Shown in pieces: positions 9,483-18,899 of a stretch of 29,303 bases of DNA (positions within the stretch are counted from its first letter, which is position 1; every line of letters begins with the position of its first letter). A model generated the notes under the pieces. The model saw only the letters and a program-made list of their open reading frames with translations. It made no database searches and was not told the origin of the DNA. The translations under genes were made by a program, and so were the position numbers. This DNA comes from a virus (taxonomy: Duplodnaviria > Caudoviricetes). Location of the stretch: the IMG/VR virus record IMGVR_UViG_3300044448_000841, positions 1 through 29,303 of that record, one strand, 5' to 3'.

Positions 9483-9736
9483 TGGGTGGTATGGTCGTCA
9501 TAATGCAAGACGGCACGAAGTACGAAGTGAATATTAGACCAGCAGATATTGTTAAATTTGAACGCAAGTTTGATGTACCAGTTTCTAAATTACAAGATGA
9601 ACAACGTTATGAGTGGTTGTTGTATTTGGCGTGGCTTGGTGCAAAAAGAAATGGCGTTACAGAAGATTACGATACTTGGATTGGTTTAGTTGAAGAACTA
9701 GACATTACTGGATCAAGTGATAATTTAAAAGCGTAA
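9482..9736 (+). CDS. Tail assembly chaperone (gpG-like)
   Basis: Follows tail tube gene; ends in slippery heptamer T-TTA-AAA at 9724-9730. Confidence 0.8.
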   Translation: MGGMVVIMQDGTKYEVNIRPADIVKFERKFDVPVSKLQDEQRYEWLLYLAWLGAKRNGVTEDYDTWIGLVEELDITGSSDNLKA

Positions 9737-9864
9737 ACGGATTTATAGATTTGATTGCTTCAATAGCAATAGAAACAGGAATAAGTCCACGTGAAATAGA
9801 ACAACTTGATATGGAAATGTTTTACGCATTAGTAAGGGTTATAAACAACAAATACGATAATTGA
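9482..9864 (+). CDS. Tail assembly chaperone long form (gpGT-like) via -1 frameshift
   Basis: -1 frame open from 9730 to TGA at 9862-9864, adding SVNGFIDLIASIAIETGISPREIEQLDMEMFYALVRVINNKYDN. Confidence 0.75.
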
Positions 9865-9865
9865 T

Positions 9866-10426
9866 ATGGCAAGAACATTTAAAAAAACCGATTTAGCAAT
9901 AGATAACAGCGAAGTTAAAGAGATTGTTAAAGAATTAAAAGAATATGGTAAAAAAGATGTTTTAAAAACGTTGGCAAAGTTTCATAGAGAGATAGCCAAA
10001 GAACAATTATCAGATAGCCGTACATTAGGACGTAAACAACCAGTACCTAAAGCAAATCGTTCAGCTATGGGTTTTACAGCTTCGGGTACACGAAGTGAAG
10101 CAAAAATAAATATTAAAACAAGCGATAGATACCCAAGTGCGTTGTCTATGGAGTTTGGTCGTAGGTTTCAATATGTACCAACAAGAAGTGGTAAAACTAG
10201 GGCAATCACACAAGCAGAAATAGGTAGGTTGCCACACTCACGACCGGGTGCAAAGTTTCCATATAGAAAATGGATTGGAAACAACAGGGATCGTGGCGAT
10301 AGTTCATTTACCAAATTAGGTAAACAAGGTTATGTAGTTGGTAAGACCATAAGCAGAAACCAAAAAGAAATACTAGAAACATACAACGATAGATTGTATG
10401 ACGCATTAACTAAGGCAATTAAATAA
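9866..10426 (+). CDS. HK97 gp10-like tail completion/neck protein
   Basis: Basic 186-aa ORF with ALSMEFG motif resembling the gp10 EFG motif. Confidence 0.55.
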   Translation: MARTFKKTDLAIDNSEVKEIVKELKEYGKKDVLKTLAKFHREIAKEQLSDSRTLGRKQPVPKANRSAMGFTASGTRSEAKINIKTSDRYPSALSMEFGRRFQYVPTRSGKTRAITQAEIGRLPHSRPGAKFPYRKWIGNNRDRGDSSFTKLGKQGYVVGKTISRNQKEILETYNDRLYDALTKAIK

Positions 10427-11817
10427 TGGCATTTGAAAAAAAAGTATCAATAGCAATAATCGGTAAAACAGATCAGTTTGTTAAATCATTAACAAAAGGT
10501 CAAAAAGCATTACAAGGTTTAGGAAGTGCTGCAAGTAAGATTGGTAAAGCAGCTGCATTTGGTATTGCTGGTATTGGTGTTGCAGCAGGTACAGTTGGTA
10601 AAGATTTAGTTAATTTAGCTTCAGACGCAGGTGAAGCACGTTCTGCATTTGAAACAACATTTGGGGACGCATTACCACAAGTATCTGGTTTCGTAGAGGA
10701 ATTTGCAAACAAAGCTGGTTTAGCTGCATTTGAATTAGAGGGATTATTAACAAACACAGGTGCAGTATTACAAGGTATTGACTTTACAGCAGAAGCGTCC
10801 GGTGATCTTGGTACAAAATTGGCTAGTCTTGCAGGTGATGTTGCTTCGTTCGCTAACGTACAAGGTGGTGCACAACCAGTATTAGAAGCGTTTACTAAAT
10901 CGCTACTTGGTGAAAATGAAAGTCTTAAAACTTATGGTATTGCTATTTCACAAGCTGAAGTAGAAACAAAAGCGTTTGAAATGACAGGTAAAAGTTCACG
11001 TGGTGAACTTACTAAACAAGAACGTGCATTAGCTACTTATGAATTGTTATTAAAGAAAACAACTGTACAGCAGGGAGATCTAAACAGAACGCAAGATAGT
11101 TTTGCAAACAAATCTAGGAAAGCACAAGCACAAGTTAAAGAACTTAAAGTACAGCTTGGTGAGGAATTATTACCTATTGCAGAACAGTTACTACCAGTAA
11201 TTGTAGATATGGTTCAAGAAATCGGGCCTTCCTTAATTCAAGCTATAAAAGGTGTAGCACCCTTTTTATCATCTGTTGCAGAATTGTTTGGATTGTTAGC
11301 ACCACCAATTATTGCAATAATAACATTACTACTTCAAGCATTAGCACCAGCATTTAAGAAGTTTACAGAAATCGTTAATAAGTTCGTAGCACCATTTTTG
11401 GTAAATCTACCAAAGAATTTTGAAAAAATGATTAATCGTATAATCGGTGGATTTAATAGGTTTGCTGATAAGTTAAACAGTTTTGCAGAAAAAGCACAAA
11501 GAATATTAGGCAAGATTGGTATAAAGATAGATATACCAAAACTGCGTAAGTTTAGTGAAGTAGATTTTGGATTAGGCGAAAAAGACATAGCACCTATTGT
11601 TTCAGCAGATGATATAGACGCACAACGTACAGCAACAGGTTTATTAGCTACAGCAGCAACAAGTGCCACACAGTTTACACCTACCACACAAGCTGGTATA
11701 ACAATAAACAACTACGCACCGATTACAACAGATCAAGAAGCTAGTGATTTATTTGCTAGGGGTGCAAAAGAATTTAAGCGTCAAAACGGTGGTGCTGCAA
11801 GAATAGATATATTGTAA
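10426..11817 (+). CDS. Tape measure protein (short, 463 aa)
   Basis: Ala/Gly-rich helical; LAGDVASFAN..LLGENESLKTYGI and GDLNRTQDSFAN TMP-type motifs; C-terminal amphipathic repeats. Confidence 0.88.
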   Translation: MAFEKKVSIAIIGKTDQFVKSLTKGQKALQGLGSAASKIGKAAAFGIAGIGVAAGTVGKDLVNLASDAGEARSAFETTFGDALPQVSGFVEEFANKAGLAAFELEGLLTNTGAVLQGIDFTAEASGDLGTKLASLAGDVASFANVQGGAQPVLEAFTKSLLGENESLKTYGIAISQAEVETKAFEMTGKSSRGELTKQERALATYELLLKKTTVQQGDLNRTQDSFANKSRKAQAQVKELKVQLGEELLPIAEQLLPVIVDMVQEIGPSLIQAIKGVAPFLSSVAELFGLLAPPIIAIITLLLQALAPAFKKFTEIVNKFVAPFLVNLPKNFEKMINRIIGGFNRFADKLNSFAEKAQRILGKIGIKIDIPKLRKFSEVDFGLGEKDIAPIVSADDIDAQRTATGLLATAATSATQFTPTTQAGITINNYAPITTDQEASDLFARGAKEFKRQNGGAARIDIL

Positions 11818-13046
11818 TGGCACAACCGACAGTACGTGTTCGTATAGGTTTTACACAAAACACATTTACATTAGACGATTTAGTGCGTGGTGTTTTAGAT
11901 AGTGCAGAACTAGGTGGTGCAACACCACTTACAGATGTTACAAGTGATGTACAAAGTGTAAGTATTAGTCGTGGTAGATCCAGAGATTTAGACACATTTA
12001 AAACTGGTACTTGTAATGTACGTTTATTAAATAATGCACGTAAATACGAAAACACAAATACATCAAGTCCATATTCACCGGGTATTGAACCATTAATAGC
12101 TATACACATTGACGCAACAACAGACGGTGGTAGTACATACAAAGATTTATTTGTAGGGTTCGTAACAGATATAAACCTAAGTTACCCAGATAAAAACAAC
12201 TCTTTTGCAGATTTTGTTGGTGCAGACGCATTTATGAAGTTATCAAACACTAGCTTAATAAATGCTTCTTTTAGTAGCACAGATAGTGGCACATTAGTAG
12301 GTAATGTATTAGATAACGCAAACATTAAGTTCGGTGCAGATAGAAGTATTGAAACAGGAATATCTACAATGCAATCATTAAGTGGTCTTAGTGAAAATAC
12401 ACTATCTGTTCTACAAAACATTGAACGTAGCGAAAATGGGTTGTTGTTTATGTCTAAAGACGGCAAGATAACGTTTAAATCACGTCATACAACGTTTCCT
12501 AGCACACCAGCAGCAACGTTTAGTGATGACGGTAGTGATGTGCCATATATACGTGTTGATTACATAAATGATGACAATGAAATACATAACATAATTTCTT
12601 TACAACGTATATCTGGATCAACACAAACTGTACAAGATACAGCAAGTCAAGGTAAATACTTGATTAGAACATTAAGTAGAACTGGTTTGTATAACAATAG
12701 CGATAGTGAAGTATTAGACGCAGCAAACTTTTTACTTGGTAAATTTAAAGACGCATTAATACGATTTGATAATTTATTAGTTGATCTAACAGAAGCTACA
12801 ACAGGAAATCAGAACACGGTATTAAATCGTGAAGTTGGTGATGTGGTCAAAGTAGAACTTACACCACCCGGTAGTGGTAGTCCAGCACAAATAACGTCAA
12901 ATGAGATAATAGACAGTATTAGCTATAACATTACACCAAATATATTTACGTGTTCATACAAGCTATCTAATGCAGACGTACAAGCATTTATGCGATTAGA
13001 TAACGCATTATTTGGTGTATTAGACACAGACAAGTTGGGTTATTAA
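11817..13046 (+). CDS. Minor tail / tail-tip hub protein
   Basis: Follows TMP; DVTSDVQSVSISRGR motif typical of actinophage minor tail proteins. Confidence 0.75.
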   Translation: MAQPTVRVRIGFTQNTFTLDDLVRGVLDSAELGGATPLTDVTSDVQSVSISRGRSRDLDTFKTGTCNVRLLNNARKYENTNTSSPYSPGIEPLIAIHIDATTDGGSTYKDLFVGFVTDINLSYPDKNNSFADFVGADAFMKLSNTSLINASFSSTDSGTLVGNVLDNANIKFGADRSIETGISTMQSLSGLSENTLSVLQNIERSENGLLFMSKDGKITFKSRHTTFPSTPAATFSDDGSDVPYIRVDYINDDNEIHNIISLQRISGSTQTVQDTASQGKYLIRTLSRTGLYNNSDSEVLDAANFLLGKFKDALIRFDNLLVDLTEATTGNQNTVLNREVGDVVKVELTPPGSGSPAQITSNEIIDSISYNITPNIFTCSYKLSNADVQAFMRLDNALFGVLDTDKLGY

Positions 13047-13091
13047 TGACACATAAACAAAACATAAACAATGAAAGGATAAACTAAAACT

Positions 13092-13793
13092 ATGGCAAAC
13101 GGTTTTAAAGTATTTTCTGTTGGTGAAGTATTAACAGCAGCAGATGTAAACGATTATTTAATGGAACAAAGTATTGGTATTTTTGCCAATAGTACAGCTA
13201 GGGACGCACAAATTACATCACCGATTGAGGGACAATTTTGTTATTTAGCAGATAGTAATGTATTGCAATTATATAACGGTAGTAGTTGGGCAAACTTTAT
13301 TGGTGAGGGCGATATAACAGGCGTTACAGCTGGTACAAACCTAAGTGGTGGTGGTGCTTCTGGTGCAGTAACACTAAACCTTGCTATTGATAGTGCAGTA
13401 GCTTTTGCAGATCAAACAGCAAGTGCAATAGTATTAAAGGATTATGCAGAAACAGATGTAGCAGTAACTTCTGCAACAACATTGGCAATAGATTTAGCTA
13501 ACGGAAACACCGGGACTGTAACATTAGGTCATAGTGTTACAGATATAGATTTTACAAATGTACCTACAAACGGTATTTCAACATTTACATTACAAGTCAC
13601 ACAAGACGGAACTGGTAGTAGAACTATGGCAATAAACCAAGTTACAGTTAATGGTGGTTCACACGCTACTGCAAAAACACCGGGTGGATCTGGTTTAACT
13701 TTATCAACAGCAGCAGCAAAAATAGATTTATTAACATTTTTATTTGTGGACGCAGGTACACCACTTTTAAATTCATTATTAGATTTTAGTTAG
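13092..13793 (+). CDS. Tail fibre / minor tail protein
   Basis: FSVGEVLTAADVN N-terminus, GDITGVTAGTNLSGGG, TLQVTQDGTGSRT fibre motifs. Confidence 0.75.
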   Translation: MANGFKVFSVGEVLTAADVNDYLMEQSIGIFANSTARDAQITSPIEGQFCYLADSNVLQLYNGSSWANFIGEGDITGVTAGTNLSGGGASGAVTLNLAIDSAVAFADQTASAIVLKDYAETDVAVTSATTLAIDLANGNTGTVTLGHSVTDIDFTNVPTNGISTFTLQVTQDGTGSRTMAINQVTVNGGSHATAKTPGGSGLTLSTAAAKIDLLTFLFVDAGTPLLNSLLDFS

Positions 13794-13802
13794 GAGTTCA
13801 AT

Positions 13803-14375
13803 ATGCCATTAGGTGCAGCAAGATTTGGACTAGGTGGTGCAGATTTAGGTAGTTTAGAATTAATACAAAGTCAAGCAGTAAGTGGTGTTAGTGCTATTAA
13901 TTTTACAGACTTACAAGGAAGTAAATACGATTTACATATTTTAGAAATAAATAAATTAAAATTTACAAGTGCCGGTAACAACTTACGTTTAAGGGTAAGT
14001 AATGACGGCGGTAGTAGTTATGAAAGCGGTAGCGTTTATAGTTTTACCGATTTATATTATAGCCAAGTAGCTGGATCTAATGAGTATAGAAGTACCAACG
14101 CAAGTTTTTTTGATATAGGATTATTAGGCGGTTTTGGAACAAATAATGCTATGAATTTTTACGCAGAAATATATAACGCTAATGCTAGTTCGCAATATAC
14201 CTATTTTACTTGTCAAGGGGTTAGCCACTCATCTGCTGTTCATCACGGGCAAGGTATGTTTTTTGGTGGTTGTACCTATAAAGCACAAGAAACTATAAAT
14301 GGTTTTTCATTATTTGGCGACGGCGGAAATGCAATAAGTACTTGTACGGCTAGTTTATACGGTGTTAAAAAATGA
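13803..14375 (+). CDS. Putative tail fibre tip/receptor-binding protein, paralog 1
   Basis: Beta-rich; shares LI..S.I.F...Y...LRV...GG....Y and terminal F...G.....LY pattern with next two ORFs. Confidence 0.6.
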   Translation: MPLGAARFGLGGADLGSLELIQSQAVSGVSAINFTDLQGSKYDLHILEINKLKFTSAGNNLRLRVSNDGGSSYESGSVYSFTDLYYSQVAGSNEYRSTNASFFDIGLLGGFGTNNAMNFYAEIYNANASSQYTYFTCQGVSHSSAVHHGQGMFFGGCTYKAQETINGFSLFGDGGNAISTCTASLYGVKK

Positions 14376-14881
14376 GTAACTTGATTTTATTAGATAGTAC
14401 CGATATAAGTAGTAATACTTCTTCTATAAGCGTAAATAATGTTTTTACTACCGACCATAATTTTTACAAAATAGTTTTAACAAACGTTACGGCCGATACT
14501 TCTACTAACGATATTAATTTAAGATTTATAAATAGCGGGGGCATAATATCCGACAGTAGTTACGATTACGCTTGGTTACGTATGCGTACAAGCGGGTTTA
14601 ACGATATAAACGCTACTAGCCAAAGTTCTTTAACTACGGCTTTCGGGCAAATAAATTCAAATTTAGGGGCGGGGGGTTTAGGTTACGTTATTAACCCTAG
14701 TATATCTAGTAGAACTTTTTTTATGGGTAAAGCTGGTGGTATGAGCGGTACGGAAACGAGATCTTTTAAATATATAGGGGGTTTAGGTAGCGATACGGCG
14801 TGTACTGGTTTTAATATTTTTCCGGGTAGTAACAATATAGCAACGGCAACAATACGTACTTACGCTTTTAAGGTAAATTAA
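14372..14881 (+). CDS. Putative tail fibre tip/receptor-binding protein, paralog 2
   Basis: Same pattern; ATGA overlap. Confidence 0.6.
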   Translation: MSNLILLDSTDISSNTSSISVNNVFTTDHNFYKIVLTNVTADTSTNDINLRFINSGGIISDSSYDYAWLRMRTSGFNDINATSQSSLTTAFGQINSNLGAGGLGYVINPSISSRTFFMGKAGGMSGTETRSFKYIGGLGSDTACTGFNIFPGSNNIATATIRTYAFKVN

Positions 14882-14883
14882 AT

Positions 14884-15396
14884 ATGGGTAAATTAAAACA
14901 AGTAAGTAAAGCAGTAGCAAGTAGTAGCCCTAGTACTTTAAAAGTAACGGGTATAGATAGCGATAGCGTTTATTTATTAGTAGTTAGAAATTTAATACCA
15001 AGTAGCGACGATACTATAGCTTGGAGAGTAACTAAAGGCGGTACAATACAAACCGATAGCGAATATGACGTAACCCGCGAAGATATGCCAACCGCAGCTA
15101 GTTTTCAAAGTAATTCGGCTGCTAATCAAACAAGCGTAACAAACGCAGGTATAGAAAGTACTCGAAACGGTTTTCAAGCAATCTTTCATCTATATAATTT
15201 TAACAGTAGTTCCGAATATTCTATGGGTACGTTTGAAACAACTTCTTTAGTAAGTACACCCCAATTTTTTGGTGGTAACGGTGGTTTTAATCATACGGTA
15301 GCTAGTGCTTCAGACGGAATTAGTTTCTTTTTTACAGGTGGTGCAACTTTTAAAGATGACGGACAAATAGTTTTATATAAAGTAGAAAATTCATAA
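14884..15396 (+). CDS. Putative tail fibre tip/receptor-binding protein, paralog 3
   Basis: Same pattern. Confidence 0.6.
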   Translation: MGKLKQVSKAVASSSPSTLKVTGIDSDSVYLLVVRNLIPSSDDTIAWRVTKGGTIQTDSEYDVTREDMPTAASFQSNSAANQTSVTNAGIESTRNGFQAIFHLYNFNSSSEYSMGTFETTSLVSTPQFFGGNGGFNHTVASASDGISFFFTGGATFKDDGQIVLYKVENS

Positions 15397-15414
15397 AATA
15401 AAAGAAAGGACATA

Positions 15415-15735
15415 ATGGCAATTAAAACGATTGAGCAATTTAGAACTGAGGCAACTTCTGAAATTGAAGCTGCTAAACCAATGAAAGCACAAGTAAATAA
15501 TCAAGTTAGAGAATTTACAGACGCTGAGTATGACCAAGCAATTGAAGATTTAGCACAATTTAAATTAGATCAACAAGATAGTGGCTATGCAAGAGCTAGA
15601 CAAGAAGCATATCCAGCTTTAGGTGAACAATTAGATTTATTGTTTCACGATATGACAGCTGGTAAAAGCGACAAAACTGGTGAGTGGTATAAAGCTGTAA
15701 ATAAAGTTAAAACCGACAATCCTAAACCAAGCTAA
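15415..15735 (+). CDS. Putative tail fibre assembly chaperone
   Basis: YARARQEAYPALGEQLDLLFHD...VKTDNPK motif common downstream of fibre genes in aquatic phages. Confidence 0.55.
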   Translation: MAIKTIEQFRTEATSEIEAAKPMKAQVNNQVREFTDAEYDQAIEDLAQFKLDQQDSGYARARQEAYPALGEQLDLLFHDMTAGKSDKTGEWYKAVNKVKTDNPKPS

Positions 15736-15926
15736 TGTCTAATACAAACGGTCTTACGCAAAAAGAATTACTTTTAATGGTCTTAGAAAACCAAAAAGAA
15801 TTAGATCGTAAAATAGACGAAATACATACACGTATAAATCAAAGGCCGACACGTATGGAACTTACAGGGTGGCTTTCTGTGACAGTTATGATATTAGGGG
15901 TAATTGTAAATAGTATAATGTCTTAG
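15735..15926 (+). CDS. Small coiled-coil protein with C-terminal TM helix (holin/XhlA-like architecture)
   Basis: 63 aa; C-terminal WLSVTVMILGVIVNSI. Confidence 0.65.
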   Translation: MSNTNGLTQKELLLMVLENQKELDRKIDEIHTRINQRPTRMELTGWLSVTVMILGVIVNSIMS

Positions 15927-18079
15927 TGCTTACAAGATATTTAAAAAGTTTTAATACATTATGTAGATTTGCATTGGTCTTTCTACTTATAGTTCCATTA
16001 CCAGTATTAGCTGATGAAACAACAACGTATGAACGTATAAGCGATACAGGGCAAAACACAACAGATATTACATTTGACTACGGTGGATCTAGTTGGAATA
16101 GATTAGATATACATAGTGATGATTGTGGTAGCAGTAGTCAAGCTGTTCATTACAATATGCAAAATAATGATGACCAAACAATTACAATTACGTTTCCAGA
16201 AGATAACATTACAACAGCTGGTTTTTTATCCGGTTGTGTTAATGACGCATACCCGGTAACTTGGACGTTTAGCGATAGTACAACAGAAACAGTAAATTAT
16301 TCTGCACAATCTAACGCTGATGTATCAACTATGTATGAGATTGTAAGTAAAACAGTAACAGGCAAATATATAACTTCTGTTGCTATACAATACGACGATT
16401 ATGTAATTATTGATGATATATATTGGACTTATGCTACTACACCTACTACAACGACATCTAGTACGACAACAACAACTACCACCACACCTACAACTACAAG
16501 CACGACTACGACAAGCACTACTACTACGACCACAACGACAACTACGACTACTACTACGACAGTACCACCAACAACCACAACAACGCTTGATCCAGAAACT
16601 ATTGAACGTAATAACAACCACGCTGAAACAGGCATATATGAAACAGATCAAGAACGTGCTAATCGTGAACAAGAAGAATACGAAGAAGAACAAGAACGTA
16701 TAAGAGAAGAAAAACGTAAAGCTGAAGAAGCACGTATTGCAGCAGAACTTGAAGCACAAAGAATATATGAAGAAGAACAAGAACGTTTACGCTTAGAAGA
16801 AGAAGAAAGATTACGTTTAGAAGAAGAAGCACGAATACAAGCAGAAATAGAAGCACAGATAGCTTATGAAGAAGAACTTGCACGTATAGAAGCAGAAGAA
16901 GAAGCTGAAATATTAGCAGAACTAGAAGAAAGTATTGATCTTGAAGACTTAGGACTAGAAATAATTTTAGAGTGTCCAGAAGAAATAGAAGATTGTGTTG
17001 AACCAACAGAAGAAGAAATAAAACAAATAGAAGCAGAATTACAAGAATTTATAGATGTCATACAGGAATTAGAAGAATTAAACATAGAAGAAGAATTTAT
17101 TTTTGAACAAGAAGTAATCATATTAGATATACCAGAAATAATAATTATAGAAACAGATGAGGAAGATTTAGATGAAGAAGAAATTAAAGAAGTTATTGAA
17201 GAAGATTTTGATGATGATGAAGCTGTGGATATTATCACAGACGAACAAGAAGAAGTGGGTACAGGAGATAACGAAACCTACGAAGAAATAACTGAAGAAG
17301 AATACGAAGAAATATTAGAAGATGTTTTACCAGAAGAAATTACAAAGGAAGAATATGAAGAAATAATAGAAAAAGAAGTTGAAGAATTAACAGATGAAGA
17401 AGTAGTAGTTGTAGTTGAAGTAGTTAGTGAAGTGATTGAAGAAATTGTTGATATAGAAGAAGTTATAGAAGTATTAGATCAAGATGAACTAGAAGAACTT
17501 AGTGAAGAAGAATTAGAAGTATATGAAGAAGAACTTGAAGAACAAATAGAAGAATATGTAGAAGAACTTGAAACAGAACAGCTTGTGGAAGTTGTAGAAC
17601 AAGTGGCAGAAGTATCTGTACAAAATTTAGTTGTTGCAGATGAACAGACCAAAAAAGTAGTACAAGCTGTTGTGGAAGAAGTTACAGATGTTGAAACTGT
17701 TGCTGAACTAACAGAAGAAGAAAAAGAAGTAGTTGCAGAAGTGCTTGGTGTAGAAGAAGCTAGTGACGTTGTTATTATCGCAGAACAATCTGTTAAAGAA
17801 GAAAATATTGCTAAAGCAGTAGAAGAATACGTAGAACGTGCAGTAGAAAACGCAGATGTAGAAGATTATGGTATTCAAAACGTAATTGTTGAAGTAGGTG
17901 TAGAACAGTTTGTACAAGATCCATTAGGACAGCTACTAGATATTGACTTAACAGATGTAGTATTATCAGATATTGGTAGTGATATGCCAGAAGCAGTAAA
18001 GACACAGGCAGCTAAGACAGTTGTCCCGGTAATTATTGTTGGCCAGATTATCGCTACACCATTTACAAGAAGATTTTAA
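15926..18079 (+). CDS. Large secreted/membrane-anchored acidic protein with poly-Thr linker
   Basis: Signal peptide, ~140-aa beta domain, 50-residue Thr tract, E/R-rich helix, long Glu-rich region, C-terminal hydrophobic VVPVIIVGQIIA then RRF. Confidence 0.8.
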   Translation: MLTRYLKSFNTLCRFALVFLLIVPLPVLADETTTYERISDTGQNTTDITFDYGGSSWNRLDIHSDDCGSSSQAVHYNMQNNDDQTITITFPEDNITTAGFLSGCVNDAYPVTWTFSDSTTETVNYSAQSNADVSTMYEIVSKTVTGKYITSVAIQYDDYVIIDDIYWTYATTPTTTTSSTTTTTTTTPTTTSTTTTSTTTTTTTTTTTTTTTVPPTTTTTLDPETIERNNNHAETGIYETDQERANREQEEYEEEQERIREEKRKAEEARIAAELEAQRIYEEEQERLRLEEEERLRLEEEARIQAEIEAQIAYEEELARIEAEEEAEILAELEESIDLEDLGLEIILECPEEIEDCVEPTEEEIKQIEAELQEFIDVIQELEELNIEEEFIFEQEVIILDIPEIIIIETDEEDLDEEEIKEVIEEDFDDDEAVDIITDEQEEVGTGDNETYEEITEEEYEEILEDVLPEEITKEEYEEIIEKEVEELTDEEVVVVVEVVSEVIEEIVDIEEVIEVLDQDELEELSEEELEVYEEELEEQIEEYVEELETEQLVEVVEQVAEVSVQNLVVADEQTKKVVQAVVEEVTDVETVAELTEEEKEVVAEVLGVEEASDVVIIAEQSVKEENIAKAVEEYVERAVENADVEDYGIQNVIVEVGVEQFVQDPLGQLLDIDLTDVVLSDIGSDMPEAVKTQAAKTVVPVIIVGQIIATPFTRRF
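16436..16585 (+). repeat. Low-complexity ACN-codon tract encoding the Thr-rich linker
   Basis: All four Thr codons mixed. Confidence 0.85.
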
Positions 18080-18258
18080 TGAAAAAGATATATAACGGCA
18101 TAATAGCAATACTTAAAGAAACAGCAGCACAGACGTTTACCATTTTGGGTTTTGCGATTTCTTGGTTTCTCTTGACCGGAACGGCCAAAGACATTGTAGG
18201 TATTATGATCCTAATAAGTTTTGGTGTTTGGTTTGCAACAATAAATTTTAGAAAATAA
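18079..18258 (+). CDS. 59-aa two-TM membrane protein
   Basis: Own translation MKKIYNGIIAILKETAAQTFTILGFAISWFLLTGTAKDIVGIMILISFGVWFATINFRK; TAATG overlap. Confidence 0.75.
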   Translation: MKKIYNGIIAILKETAAQTFTILGFAISWFLLTGTAKDIVGIMILISFGVWFATINFRK

Positions 18259-18259
18259 T

Positions 18260-18315
18260 CACATATTCTAAAAATCTAATATATAATAGTTATAACGTAC
18301 AAGAACAAAAGGAGT
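18260..18315 (+). promoter_or_regulatory. Promoter/leader copy A: CACA-N18-TATAAT plus AGGAG RBS
   Basis: 18280-18302 identical (23 nt) to 26180-26202. Confidence 0.8.
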
Positions 18316-18322
18316 AAATAAA

Positions 18323-18496
18323 ATGCCAAAAACGTTAAAAAAAACATATTATACCGATTGCGACGGTTATACATATAAAGTTGCTTTAGAAGATTGTGAA
18401 CACCCACGTTTAGAAATGGGTACAGAAGAAAGCGATAGGGGAACTTGGTTTAATTGGTATTATTGCCAAGATTGTGGTTTTGACCAAGTTTCATAA
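18323..18496 (+). CDS. 57-aa putative zinc-binding protein (CEH...CQDC)
   Basis: Own translation MPKTLKKTYYTDCDGYTYKVALEDCEHPRLEMGTEESDRGTWFNWYYCQDCGFDQVS; strong RBS, own promoter and terminator. Confidence 0.8.
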   Translation: MPKTLKKTYYTDCDGYTYKVALEDCEHPRLEMGTEESDRGTWFNWYYCQDCGFDQVS

Positions 18497-18536
18497 AAAT
18501 TAGTTAAAAAAACAAATATCTACATACTAATACATT

Positions 18537-18563
18537 AAACCCACATTAATTTGTGGGTTTTTT
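18537..18563 (+). terminator. Intrinsic terminator
   Basis: AAACCCACA-TTAATT-TGTGGGTTT-TTT. Confidence 0.85.
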
Positions 18564-18626
18564 GTATGTGTAAAACCTTTTAATGTCTTAATTATCTATT
18601 AGACTAAAACTAACAACTAGGGCTTT

Positions 18627-18899
18627 ATGAATAAAAATTTTGATGATTTTATAGATAAAAAAGCAAAACAACTACCAAACAGACGCTATGAAGTGCGTAA
18701 TCCACAAAATGTACCAATAATTTTAGATTTACTAAAACTATGCGTAGAAAAAAAGAAAACAGAACGTAATCATTTTTTATACAGTTATAGATCAATCGCT
18801 GAATATATGTATGACGTACTAGAACATAGAGAAGCAACAAAAGAGGGTTTACGTAGGGCAGTAGCACGTATAGCAAAGGAACATAAACTTGAACTTTGA
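18627..18899 (+). CDS. Hypothetical, possible helix-turn-helix protein
   Basis: SYRSIAEYM...TKEGLRRAV pattern; overlaps next gene. Confidence 0.6.
   Translation: MNKNFDDFIDKKAKQLPNRRYEVRNPQNVPIILDLLKLCVEKKKTERNHFLYSYRSIAEYMYDVLEHREATKEGLRRAVARIAKEHKLEL

Noticed and set aside
13803-15396. Diversity-generating retroelement acting on tail-tip paralogs
   Set aside because: No RT gene and no near-identical TR/VR pair differing at adenines seen
16436-16585. Repetitive ACN tract as CRISPR, VNTR or DGR element
   Set aside because: No repeat-spacer structure, mixed Thr codons, no reverse transcriptase in the window
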